DNA from: Alphaproteobacteria bacterium
GTDB taxonomy: Bacteria > Pseudomonadota > Alphaproteobacteria > WRAU01 > Hepatincolaceae
Length of the DNA stretch: 64,000 nt
Reading direction: 5' to 3'
Assembly: GCA_031274895.1 (NCBI GenBank)
Contig: JAISPM010000021.1
Location: 141 to 64,140, forward strand
Every line of letters starts with the position of its first letter. Within the stretch, counting starts at the first letter, position 1. Made by a program: the position numbers and the translations under genes. A model generated the notes under the pieces. That model saw nothing but the letters and a program-made list of their open reading frames with translations. It was not told the DNA's origin and did not search any database. This document shows positions 8,326-17,509 of this stretch, in pieces.

Positions 8326-9471
8326 CTAATTAGTATAGCCATCCCAAAAATTAAGATTCCCCTGCAGTTTCAGCAACTCTTCAATGGTTTTATTAGCAGT
8401 TTTAAAATTGCTTTCCCGCTGCATAATATCTAATTCCACAAGATTTTTTGTCGCATTTTTTTGCGTGGAGTTTTGTAAAATATTATGGGCTTCTAAGAAT
8501 TTATCATGAACAGCATATATCCCTGCAATTAAAAGGTTATTTTGTTCTATGTCATTGTAGGCTGATTTTACATCTGCAATAATTTTACTATCATCAGATA
8601 CTTCATAATATTTTTGCCAAAGTTTAATTACCTCAAAGGATTGATTGGCTTTCCATAGGCTTTTTAAAACATCAATAATGCGATTGTTTTTGCTTTGTCC
8701 AACATAAATATTTATTAATAATTCTGCCATTGGGGCAAAATCAGGATATTCTTTAAGAATTCTTTGGGCAACATCTTTAGCCTTTTCAGCGTCAGTTTTA
8801 AGCAAAAATTGTGCGTAAAAATATCCCACTAAACAGAAATACTTTTTGTATTCTTCATGATTATTATCTTTAGCCGATTTTAAAACATTATATAAATAAA
8901 CAATTTCAGAATCCAAGGTTTTATTTTTATAAACCAGTTCAAACATCTCGCCGACAAACCATAGAGAATCCTCTTGAAACATAATTCCCTTCTTGGCATA
9001 AATAATAAAATTTGCTGAGTCTTTTTGAGCTTTATAAATCAAGCAACGATATTTCAACAATAAGGTTTCATTATAACTTTTCACCCGCACTTTATCTATT
9101 GCGCCCAGTGCCTTATCGTATTTTTTAATCAGCAAAAGATTGTTTATTTCTTTAATTTGTTTAAGAAATTTATTGTTATCGGCATGTTTTAATATTTCTA
9201 TAAGGGTATTTTTTTCCTTAATACTTTCCATAGAGTTAATAAAACTAATAATATTGCGAATATAAACCTCGTGCCGTATTTTATAGATAATGCTTTTAAG
9301 GATTCTTCTAATAAGGTGAATCGGCAACCAAATAATTGCCACTAAAAGGATTAGTTTATCCAGTGTAGTGTAAATAGCATAATTGGCAATATCTAAATTA
9401 ATGTCTATTTTTAAAAAATAAACACCAACCAGAATTACTGCAAAAATAATTAAGTATATAAGATATTTCAT
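8326..9471 (-). CDS. HemY-N-like / TPR-like inner-membrane protein (COG3898-like)
   Basis: Two N-terminal TM helices followed by helical-repeat sequence. It lies downstream of a Mic60-like gene, as in the alphaproteobacterial pair. This is a weak motif-level call. Confidence 0.4.
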   Translation of the reverse strand: MKYLIYLIIFAVILVGVYFLKIDINLDIANYAIYTTLDKLILLVAIIWLPIHLIRRILKSIIYKIRHEVYIRNIISFINSMESIKEKNTLIEILKHADNNKFLKQIKEINNLLLIKKYDKALGAIDKVRVKSYNETLLLKYRCLIYKAQKDSANFIIYAKKGIMFQEDSLWFVGEMFELVYKNKTLDSEIVYLYNVLKSAKDNNHEEYKKYFCLVGYFYAQFLLKTDAEKAKDVAQRILKEYPDFAPMAELLINIYVGQSKNNRIIDVLKSLWKANQSFEVIKLWQKYYEVSDDSKIIADVKSAYNDIEQNNLLIAGIYAVHDKFLEAHNILQNSTQKNATKNLVELDIMQRESNFKTANKTIEELLKLQGNLNFWDGYTN

Positions 9472-10277
9472 TATCTGCTCTCCGCAATGTATTTAGTAAG
9501 CTCGTTATTTATTTCAACAATTGTGTCTTCGGCATTAATTTTATCCATTAAATTGGAAAGCCATTGTTGAGTGTTATTGTTAGGCACCATATCTACTTTA
9601 ATAAATTCGGTATATGCTTTTTTATAGTTATTGTTTGCTAAATAGGTTTCCACATTGGAAAGGATTGAAGAAACCGTATCATCTTCTAAAATAACATCGT
9701 GATTTTGCTTAATAAAAATTAAGTATAAAAAGTAGTATTTTATTTTAGAAAATAGCGAATCATGAGTTTTTAAATACGCCAAATATGTGTCTTTGTAAAC
9801 CGATTTATAGGTTTCTATTAGCTCCTGTTGAGTTTTTATCCCTAAATCGGCTGAAGGTTTAATTTTTTCCAGTTTGTTTTTTAAAATAGGATTGTGGGTA
9901 AGGCTTAACAGTGGTTCAATTTCCACGGCAAAAGAATCTCCTCTGAGGATTCTGTTCAACAGCAAGTTAGAATAAACCGCAAACTGTAGGCTTTGGTTAG
10001 AGACAGTAGAGGCAACATTAGAATTGGCAATTTTTTGCTGCAAAGTTGCGATGGTTGTTTGTAATTCTTGGATTTTATTACTATCTTCATTAATTATTTT
10101 ATTAGCGGAAGATTTATAATGTGCCAAAATATCCTTAGGTTTTTGCGGAAACAGTTCTTCACTGGCATTGCTTAAATAAACAGATACAGCAATAACGATA
10201 ATAACTATTACTAAAAGCAGCCACAACCAAAGAATTCTTTTACTTTTGGGCTTAGAGTTTTGGTCAGTCATAAACAT
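9471..10277 (-). CDS. Mic60/mitofilin-like (COG4223-like) membrane protein
   Basis: One N-terminal TM helix, a coiled-coil, then a C-terminal helical domain. It overlaps the downstream HemY-like gene by 1 nt and is divergent from tsaD. Confidence 0.4.
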   Translation of the reverse strand: MFMTDQNSKPKSKRILWLWLLLVIVIIVIAVSVYLSNASEELFPQKPKDILAHYKSSANKIINEDSNKIQELQTTIATLQQKIANSNVASTVSNQSLQFAVYSNLLLNRILRGDSFAVEIEPLLSLTHNPILKNKLEKIKPSADLGIKTQQELIETYKSVYKDTYLAYLKTHDSLFSKIKYYFLYLIFIKQNHDVILEDDTVSSILSNVETYLANNNYKKAYTEFIKVDMVPNNNTQQWLSNLMDKINAEDTIVEINNELTKYIAESR

Positions 10278-10357
10278 CCTCTTTTTTCTATAACAAATAC
10301 CTATTTAATTTATTATAATATGATAATTGAAAAAACGGAATTAATGTATTTATTATT

Positions 10358-11377
10358 ATGATTATTTTAGGGATTGAAAGCAGTTGCGATGAGACTGCCA
10401 TTGCCATTATTAAAAATAGAGAAGTGTTAGCACATTTGGTGCTATCGCAAATTGATACTCACAAAGCCTTTGGCGGGGTTATTCCTGAGGTTGCCTCAAG
10501 AATGCACTTGGAGGCGATTGATGGCTTAATTGTGCAAGCCCTTGCCATGGCAAATATAGGCTTGGCAGATATAGATGTTTTTGCGGCGACCACAGGTCCC
10601 GGACTGGCAGGTGGTTTGCTGGTGGGTAGTCTTGCTGCTAAAACCTTGAGCTTAGTGCATAACAAGCCTTTTGTGGCGGTGAATCATCTGCAAGGACATG
10701 CCTTAATGCCCACTATGAATGAAGATGTGCAGTTTCCGTTTTTGTTATTGCTGGTTTCGGGTGGACACACGCAATTTTTGGCGGTAAACGGCATTAATGA
10801 TTATAAAATTTTAGGTGGCACAATTGACGATGCTATTGGTGAAGCCTTTGATAAATCCGCAAGACTTTTAGGATTACCTTATCCGGGTGGACGCGAAATA
10901 GAGTTGTTGGCAAGCAGAGGAGACGAAAATAAATATAAATTTCCATTGCCTTTAATAGGACAAAAGAATTGTAATTTTTCATTCTCAGGATTAAAAACTG
11001 CGGTTCGGGAGGTAGTTATTGGTAAAGAATTAAACGATAAGGATAAAAAAGATATTGCAGCTTCTCTGCAGCATACTATCGTGAAAATTTTGCTAAATAG
11101 AACCAAAAACGCCATAGAGTCGTTTGAAAAAGACTATGGAAAATTGAATGCCATGGTGATTAGCGGTGGCGTATCGGCTAATTTAAAAATTAGAACTGAA
11201 TTGGGCGATTTTTTGCAGAATAGAAATATTCGCTTAGTGTGTCCACCTATAAATTTATGCACCGATAATGGTATAATGATTGCTTGGGCGGGCTATTGTC
11301 GGGCGAGCGCAGGCTTATTTAACAATTTAGATTTTCCAATAAAAGTGCGATGGAGCTTAGAGGAGTTAAAACAATGA
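10358..11377 (+). CDS. tsaD: tRNA N6-adenosine threonylcarbamoyltransferase TsaD
   Basis: ILGIESSCDETA, HLQGH and VSGGHT motifs of the Kae1/TsaD family. Confidence 0.9.
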   Translation: MIILGIESSCDETAIAIIKNREVLAHLVLSQIDTHKAFGGVIPEVASRMHLEAIDGLIVQALAMANIGLADIDVFAATTGPGLAGGLLVGSLAAKTLSLVHNKPFVAVNHLQGHALMPTMNEDVQFPFLLLLVSGGHTQFLAVNGINDYKILGGTIDDAIGEAFDKSARLLGLPYPGGREIELLASRGDENKYKFPLPLIGQKNCNFSFSGLKTAVREVVIGKELNDKDKKDIAASLQHTIVKILLNRTKNAIESFEKDYGKLNAMVISGGVSANLKIRTELGDFLQNRNIRLVCPPINLCTDNGIMIAWAGYCRASAGLFNNLDFPIKVRWSLEELKQ

Positions 11378-11769
11378 ATTATTGGTTAGTAAAAACCGAA
11401 CCTAATGATTATTCTTGGGTTGATATGCAAAAAGATGGTATCACCTCTTGGAGTGGCGTGCGGAATTACCAAGCTCGTAATAACTTAAAAACCATGAAAA
11501 AAGGCGATTTAGTGCTTTTTTACCATAGTGTAATCGGCATGCAGGTTATGGGAATTGTTTCGGTGGAAAAAGAATTTTATCCTGATAGCGACCCTAATTT
11601 TGTTTGTGTGGATGTGAAATTTATGGAGAGTTTAAAAAATCCCGTGAGTTTGAGCGCAATTAAAGCCAATCCAAAATTAGCAGATATTGCCCTTGTAAAA
11701 CATAGCAGACTGTCGGTTATGCCGCTTAAAAAAGAAGATTACGAAGAAATACTAAGGATGTCTGCATAA
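11374..11769 (+). CDS. EVE (PUA-like) domain protein
   Basis: MNYWLVKTEP...WSGVRNYQARNNLKTMKKGDLVLFYHS is the classic EVE N-terminus. The ATG overlaps the tsaD TGA (ATGA), and AGGAG lies upstream. Confidence 0.8.
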   Translation: MNYWLVKTEPNDYSWVDMQKDGITSWSGVRNYQARNNLKTMKKGDLVLFYHSVIGMQVMGIVSVEKEFYPDSDPNFVCVDVKFMESLKNPVSLSAIKANPKLADIALVKHSRLSVMPLKKEDYEEILRMSA

Positions 11770-11829
11770 ACCATTGACAAACTCATGTAATTAATACTAT
11801 ATAATAACTAATTAAATTAAGGAAAATCT

Positions 11830-12810
11830 ATGAATTATTTTAAAACAACAATGTTAATCAGTTGCCTTACAGCCCTATTTATGGGGATTGGCTATTTAAT
11901 TGGCGGACAAAGCGGTGCAATTATCGCCCTAGTTTTTGCAGGGGGCATGAATTTTATGGCGTTTTGGAATTCCGATAAAATTGTTTTAAAAATGAACGGA
12001 GCAAGTGTTGCCGATAGAAATCAATATCGTGATTTTTATGAAATTGTGGAAAAACAAATTGCACAAGCTAATATGCCAATGCCAAAACTGTATATAATGA
12101 ATACGGAAGTTCCTAATGCTTTTGCCACAGGGCGTAATCCACAAAATGCGGCGGTGGCAATTACTACCGGACTTCATGGAATGCTTAATCGTGAGGAATT
12201 AAGCGGTGTTATTGCCCACGAATTAGCCCATATAGAACATCGTGATACCCTAATTAGCACCATCACTGCTACTTTCGCAGGAGCAATTTCCATGATTGCC
12301 AACATGTTTATGTGGATGTCTCTTTTTGGTGGACGCGATAATAGATTGCAACCAATTTTTGCAATTATTGTAATGATAATTGCACCGTTAGTGGCGGTAG
12401 TAATTCAAATGGCGGTTTCAAGAAATCGTGAATACTATGCCGATAGACGCGGTGGCGAATTAGCAGAGAATCCTCTTTATTTAGCAAGTGCGCTTAAAAA
12501 ACTGGAAAGTTATTCGCTGGTCGCAAGAGCAAATCCTAAATATACCCAAGAGCAAGCGCAAAAAAATGCCTCTACGGCGCACATGTTTATTGTGAACCAT
12601 TTTGGTGGCGCACGCGATGGTCTTTTTTCAACCCATCCGCATACTGCTAATAGAATCTCCGCCCTAGAGAAACAGGCTAATAATTTAGGAATCGCTATGT
12701 ATAATCCTAGTAATCCTATACCTAGAGATACCTCTATATTTGCTTCGCAACCAGTAGTATATAGTGGTGTAAAGTCTGATGCCAACATTAAAAACAATCC
12801 TTGGCTTTAA
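11830..12810 (+). CDS. htpX: Zinc metalloprotease HtpX (M48)
   Basis: TM helices plus HELAHIEHRD (HExxH) and EYYADRRG motifs. Confidence 0.85.
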   Translation: MNYFKTTMLISCLTALFMGIGYLIGGQSGAIIALVFAGGMNFMAFWNSDKIVLKMNGASVADRNQYRDFYEIVEKQIAQANMPMPKLYIMNTEVPNAFATGRNPQNAAVAITTGLHGMLNREELSGVIAHELAHIEHRDTLISTITATFAGAISMIANMFMWMSLFGGRDNRLQPIFAIIVMIIAPLVAVVIQMAVSRNREYYADRRGGELAENPLYLASALKKLESYSLVARANPKYTQEQAQKNASTAHMFIVNHFGGARDGLFSTHPHTANRISALEKQANNLGIAMYNPSNPIPRDTSIFASQPVVYSGVKSDANIKNNPWL

Positions 12811-12832
12811 TAATTAAATAAGGATAACTAAA

Positions 12833-13816
12833 ATGAAAAAAATTTTAATAACAGGTGGAGCAGGGTATGTGGGTGCGCATACTGCTAAAATGTTAGCGCA
12901 AAGGGGTTATGAGCCGATTGTTTTTGATAACCTAGATTATGGTCATCGTTATGCGGTGCAGTGGGGCGATTTTATTAAGGGCGACCTCAATAATTTTTAT
13001 GATATTAACACTACTCTTAAAAAAGTTAAACCCTTAGGAGTTGTGCATTGTGCAGCTTATACTTATGTGGGCGAATCTGTTGCAGATCCTGCAAAATACT
13101 ATCAAAATAATGTGGTAGGTTCTCTTAATTTAGCCAAAGCTATGGTGGAAAATAATATTAATAATCTGGTGTTTTCGTCCACATGTGCTACTTTTGGTAA
13201 TGTGGAAAAATTACCGATTGTGGAAACTACGCCGCAAAAGCCAATTAGCCCTTATGGCACCAGCAAGCTAATGGTAGAAATGATGTTAGCGGATTTTGAC
13301 AGAGCTTATGGTTTAAAGCATATCAATGTGCGTTATTTTAACGTGAGTGGAGCCGATGAGGCGGCAGATATTGGTGAAGACCATAATCCTGAAACCCATT
13401 TAATTCCACTGGTGATTGATGTTGCCATGGGAAAAAGAGAGAACATTAAAGTATTCGGCACCGATTACGATACACCTGATGGCACCTGCCTACGTGATTA
13501 TATCCATGTGAACGACCTTGCCAATGCCCATATTTTAGCACTGGAATATTTATTTAAAAATAATAAGTCTAATGATTTTAACTTGGGAAGCGAAAAAGGA
13601 TATTCCGTGCTTGAGGTAATTAATGCCGTAGAAAAAGTTAGCGGTAAAAGTATTCCTAAGATTATGGAAAAGAGACGTGATGGCGATCCGGCAATTTTAG
13701 TGGCGGATTCGGTTAAGGCTAAAAATGAATTAGGCTGGATTGCTGAATATAAAGATATTGTGAAAATTGTAGAGACTGCTTATAGATGGCATAGTAAGCC
13801 TAAGATGGTTGAGTAA
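12833..13816 (+). CDS. galE: UDP-glucose 4-epimerase GalE
   Basis: ILITGGAGYVG Rossmann motif, a YGTSK catalytic triad region, and DGTCLRDYIHVNDLA. Confidence 0.9.
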   Translation: MKKILITGGAGYVGAHTAKMLAQRGYEPIVFDNLDYGHRYAVQWGDFIKGDLNNFYDINTTLKKVKPLGVVHCAAYTYVGESVADPAKYYQNNVVGSLNLAKAMVENNINNLVFSSTCATFGNVEKLPIVETTPQKPISPYGTSKLMVEMMLADFDRAYGLKHINVRYFNVSGADEAADIGEDHNPETHLIPLVIDVAMGKRENIKVFGTDYDTPDGTCLRDYIHVNDLANAHILALEYLFKNNKSNDFNLGSEKGYSVLEVINAVEKVSGKSIPKIMEKRRDGDPAILVADSVKAKNELGWIAEYKDIVKIVETAYRWHSKPKMVE

Positions 13817-13828
13817 GTGGGATATAGT

Positions 13829-13931
13829 AGGTCATTCTGGTTTATAGTTTATCTTTCCCAAGCCCAATTCGTTGTTGTATTTTTACCCGTATGGGCTTGA
13901 AGTCAAGATAAACTATAAACCAGAATGACCT
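13829..13931. repeat. Nested palindrome C5 (27-bp perfect arms, 49-nt divergent core)
   Basis: Arms 13829-13855 and 13905-13931 are exact reverse complements. The core contains an inner stem aagccca/tgggctt. Confidence 0.85.
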
Positions 13932-14046
13932 TTTGTTTTTCACAATATCTTTGGGTGGAAAGAAGGAAGAAAGCAAAAAGGATAAGGTTAATTTAAATAG
14001 ATAAATTTTATAAAATTTTCACAATATCCTGTAGAGAAGAAAGGGA

Positions 14047-14085
14047 AAAAAAGAAAGAGGGTTTTAAATTAACCCTCTTTCTTTT
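14047..14085. terminator. Bidirectional hairpin terminator between convergent galE and an OMP-like gene
   Basis: 16-bp perfect stem aaaaagaaagagggtt / aaccctctttcttttt with a 7-nt loop. A/T runs are built into both arms. Confidence 0.6.
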
Positions 14086-14090
14086 TGCAT

Positions 14091-15131
14091 TTAGAATATT
14101 CCTAAGAATCTTTTTCTTGGTGCCGCAGGTTGTTGTCCTTGCAATCTATTAACCGGTGCTGCTTGTTGTTGTTCAACTTGTTGCTGCTGTTGCACTTGTG
14201 GTTCAGGGCTAGCTGCTGCAGCCTCTGCTGCTTTAGCTGCCTCGGCTTCTGCCTTAGCTTTTTCTTTAGCCTCAAGGTCTGCCTGTTTTTTAGCTGCAGC
14301 AGCCTCAATTCTAGCTTGTTCTTCTAAAGCTCTGCTTTCATTTACTCTATTTTTAAAATTAGGATCTATGGATTTAAGAATCCCAATATAAGTGGCATCT
14401 TTATTTTCTTTTGTTTTTGCAATACTATTATTAAGATAATAAACTACCCCGAATTTCATTCTGGTGATTTGCGCAGTCATATCTTGGTCTTGTCCTTCCA
14501 CTGCTCTTAAATCTACGTATAAGGTAGACATTTCTGCCACTGCTGCCCAATTAGAATCCATTTTGTAAGATAATCCTACAACATATTGAATGGAACTATC
14601 AAAACTTTCTTGCATATCAAAGTTAGCATCACCTTCATAACCAACTCTCATAAATTGCATACCAAAATAAGGAGAAATGATTTCTCCACCTTTTTTAAAT
14701 TGATAAGCGTCATAGCCTAAATTAAATCCAAAAGAAGGATGTTGGTTAAACATTATTGGAATTGCTTTAGTTCTGGTAGAGTTTCTTGGCTGTAAAATTA
14801 CCATTGCAGAATCCCTAAGCGGCTCATAACTGGCTTTAGGTGCTACCCAAAAATTTTGTAGAAAATTAGCTTTATACATAAAAGGATATACTTGGTATTC
14901 AACACTTAAATCGTAATGCACACCATATGGACCGAAATGCTTCACACTAACCACATCGCTATCGCTTCTGGAGCCTGTGGTAATAGATACAGCATTTACT
15001 TTATTAGAAAAACTATTTTCATTGGTGCTATTACTTACTTTTACACCAAGCCCTGTGGAGTAATCAACATCCGAAAGTGTCAGCGAAAAAGGTGTTAATA
15101 GTGATAAAAATATAACGACTAAGTAATCCAT
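14091..15131 (-). CDS. Putative outer-membrane beta-barrel protein with an A/E/K/Q-rich low-complexity C-terminal region
   Basis: Signal-like N-terminus, alternating beta-strand-like sequence, a C-terminal ...RFLGIF ending in Phe, and a long EAKEKAKAEAEAAKAAEAAAA...QQQQQVEQQQ tract. Confidence 0.45.
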   Translation of the reverse strand: MDYLVVIFLSLLTPFSLTLSDVDYSTGLGVKVSNSTNENSFSNKVNAVSITTGSRSDSDVVSVKHFGPYGVHYDLSVEYQVYPFMYKANFLQNFWVAPKASYEPLRDSAMVILQPRNSTRTKAIPIMFNQHPSFGFNLGYDAYQFKKGGEIISPYFGMQFMRVGYEGDANFDMQESFDSSIQYVVGLSYKMDSNWAAVAEMSTLYVDLRAVEGQDQDMTAQITRMKFGVVYYLNNSIAKTKENKDATYIGILKSIDPNFKNRVNESRALEEQARIEAAAAKKQADLEAKEKAKAEAEAAKAAEAAAASPEPQVQQQQQVEQQQAAPVNRLQGQQPAAPRKRFLGIF

Positions 15132-15271
15132 TTATTCTCTAAAAATTTTTATTTAATTCTTTTAACACTATTGATTATATATTATAATTAATGATATTGA
15201 AATAATAAAATTAACAATTGTGTATTAATTTCATAATAGTAATAAAATCAATCAAGTATAAGGATAGAATA

Positions 15272-16162
15272 GTGGCGGTTAATTTTAAAGAACTGTTAGC
15301 GAAAGCTAAAGCAAAAGGTAAAATAAAAGTTGCAGTGGTGAATCCTGTGGATGAAGTTTCTCTGGGAGGACCATTAGAGGCACAGGCTGAAGGATTAATA
15401 GATCCTGTATTATTCGGTAGCAAAGCCGAAATTGAAGCAGTTGCAAAAAAATATTCCTTTGATATTTCAAAATGTGAAATTGTAGATTGTGTGGATGAAC
15501 CTACAACCATTGCAAAAGCGGTAGAAGCTGCCAGAGAAGGCAAAGTGCAAGCTCTCATGAAAGGTAAAATTCATACAGATCACCTAATGGGTGCAGTTGT
15601 TAAACGTGAAACCGGTTTAAGAACCGATTCTCAAGTAAGCAGTGTTTTTGTTTTTTCAATTCCCACTTACCACAAATTGTTATTTATAACCGATCCGGCT
15701 ATTAATATTACGCCATCACTGGAGCAAAAAGAAAAAATCATTCTTAATGCCCTGCGCTTGATTAAAAATATTGGTATAGAAACACCAAAAGTTGGTGGAC
15801 TGTCGGCTGTAGAATCACCAAATCCTAAAATATTAGGTTCTGTTGAAGCCTTTGAATTAGCGCAAAATGCTAATTTAAAATCACAATGTATTATTGATGG
15901 ACCTTTCGCTTTTGATAACATTATATCTAAAAGAGCTGCGGAAATTAAAGAAATTAAATCGCCTGTGGCAGGTGATGTAGACTTAATCCTTGTGCCTAAC
16001 TTGGAAGTTGGTAATGTTTTGTTTAAGTCTTTAGTGTATATGGCGAAAGCCGAAGTGGCAGGTATTGTTTTAGGTGCTAAAGTTCCGATAATTTTCACCA
16101 GCCGTGCTGACGATGCAAAAGCAAGATTAATGTCAGCCGCACTATCTATTTTATCTGTTTAA
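15272..16162 (+). CDS. pta: Phosphate acetyl/butyryl-transferase (short PTA_PTB family)
   Basis: KIKVAVVNPVDEVSLGG, ALMKGKIHTD and SRADDAKARL motifs. It lies upstream of ackA. A GTG at 15272 preceded by AAGGA is preferred over the track ATG at 15218. Confidence 0.75.
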   Translation: MAVNFKELLAKAKAKGKIKVAVVNPVDEVSLGGPLEAQAEGLIDPVLFGSKAEIEAVAKKYSFDISKCEIVDCVDEPTTIAKAVEAAREGKVQALMKGKIHTDHLMGAVVKRETGLRTDSQVSSVFVFSIPTYHKLLFITDPAINITPSLEQKEKIILNALRLIKNIGIETPKVGGLSAVESPNPKILGSVEAFELAQNANLKSQCIIDGPFAFDNIISKRAAEIKEIKSPVAGDVDLILVPNLEVGNVLFKSLVYMAKAEVAGIVLGAKVPIIFTSRADDAKARLMSAALSILSV

Positions 16163-16171
16163 TTCTTAATA

Positions 16172-16226
16172 CTAATTCCCCTTCTAGTAGAAGGGGTGGC
16201 AGCCAAAGGCTGACGGGGTAGTGGAA
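16172..16226. repeat. Type-A repeat, half copy A1 (forward)
   Basis: ctaattccccttctagtagaaggggtggcagccaaaggctgacggggtagtggaa, located between pta and ackA. Confidence 0.85.
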
Positions 16227-16259
16227 TAAAAATATTAATTATTTGGAGAAATTATATTT

Positions 16260-17435
16260 ATGAGTAAAGAATCTATGATTATTATTAATGCCGGGTCTTC
16301 CAGCATTAAGTTTAAGTTATTTGATAAGGCTACAGTAGCAGATTTTTCTTACGGTCAAATTACCGGTATTGGCACCGAAAAAGTTAAAATGGTGGTTAAA
16401 AAAAGCGAAGACGGCAGTGTTGTTAAAGAAGAAATTTTAGATAACAAACTAAGCCGTGATGATATTTTGGTGCATTTAATTACTACTTTAACCACAATTT
16501 ATTCGGATATTAAAATTGCTTCCGCCGGACACAGAATCGTTCACGGAGCCGATAAATATATTGAGCCAACCGTGGTTAATGCCGAAGTTATTACCTTTTT
16601 AAAATCTATTGAGCATTTAAGCCCAATTCATTTACCGCACAACATTCGTCCGATGGAAGTTTTACAAGCCAAATTCCCTGATATTAAGCAAGTAGCCTGT
16701 TTTGATACTGCTTTCCATGTGGCAAGCAATCCACATCATACAAGATTATATGCGATTCCAAGAGAATTAAGCGAAAAAGACAAAATTGTTCGTTATGGTT
16801 TCCATGGAATTTCTTATCAATATATTGCTCAAAATCTTAAAGAAAACTATCCGGAACTTTACAAAGGCAAAGTGGTTATTTGCCATTTAGGAGCAGGAGC
16901 TTCTTTGTGTGCATTGAAAGAGGGTAAAAGTTTCACCACTACCATGGGCTTTACTCCGCTTGAGGGTTTGGTTATGGGTAGCAGAACAGGTGATATAGAT
17001 GCGGGTATTCTGCTGCATTTATTAAACAACAAAGGCTATAGCGTGAAAGAACTAACCGATATGCTGTATTACAAAAGCGGTGTGTTAGGTTTAAGCGGTA
17101 TCAGCAGCGATTTCTATGTTCTTGAAACTTCAAATGAACCTGCGGCTAAGGAAGCCTTGGAAGTTTATAACTACAACTTAGTTAAATCTATCGGTAGCAT
17201 GATTGCGGTTATGGGTGGAGTAGACGCTATGGTATTCACTGCCGGTGTTGGTGAAAACTCTCGTGGCGCAAGAAAATATGTTGCAGAATCTTTTGCTTAT
17301 TTAGGGGTTGAGCTTGACGAAGCACTAAACGGTAAAGCCGAGGTTATTACTAAATCTTCTTCTAAAGTTAAAATGCTGGTATTACCAACGAACGAAGAGC
17401 TAATGATTGCCGAATCAGTGGCTAAATTAATATAG
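16260..17435 (+). CDS. ackA: Acetate kinase
   Basis: INAGSSSIKFKLF, GHRIVHG, FDTAFH, GFHGISY and VFTAGVGENS motifs. Confidence 0.9.
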   Translation: MSKESMIIINAGSSSIKFKLFDKATVADFSYGQITGIGTEKVKMVVKKSEDGSVVKEEILDNKLSRDDILVHLITTLTTIYSDIKIASAGHRIVHGADKYIEPTVVNAEVITFLKSIEHLSPIHLPHNIRPMEVLQAKFPDIKQVACFDTAFHVASNPHHTRLYAIPRELSEKDKIVRYGFHGISYQYIAQNLKENYPELYKGKVVICHLGAGASLCALKEGKSFTTTMGFTPLEGLVMGSRTGDIDAGILLHLLNNKGYSVKELTDMLYYKSGVLGLSGISSDFYVLETSNEPAAKEALEVYNYNLVKSIGSMIAVMGGVDAMVFTAGVGENSRGARKYVAESFAYLGVELDEALNGKAEVITKSSSKVKMLVLPTNEELMIAESVAKLI

Positions 17436-17448
17436 CTTTTTTACTTAA

Positions 17449-17490
17449 AAAGAATCGCAATCTATAATTAGGTTGTGATTCTTTTAATTT
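17449..17490 (+). terminator. Rho-independent terminator after ackA
   Basis: 12-bp stem aaagaatcgcaa / ttgtgattcttt (one G:U) running into a T-rich tail. Confidence 0.55.
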
Positions 17491-17509
17491 ACCATGTATA
17501 CTTATACCT

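Noticed and set aside
14102-14327. ORFs 14102-14308 (-) and 14130-14327 (+) in the low-complexity region.
   Set aside because: They are alternative frames of the GCT/GCA/GAA-rich tract that encodes the A/E/K/Q tail of the OMP-like protein. They have no independent support.
15218-15271. ATG at 15218 as the pta start.
   Set aside because: It adds an unconserved hydrophobic/K-rich leader without an RBS. The GTG at 15272 has AAGGA upstream and begins where PTA_PTB proteins normally start. Still, this is only a judgement call.
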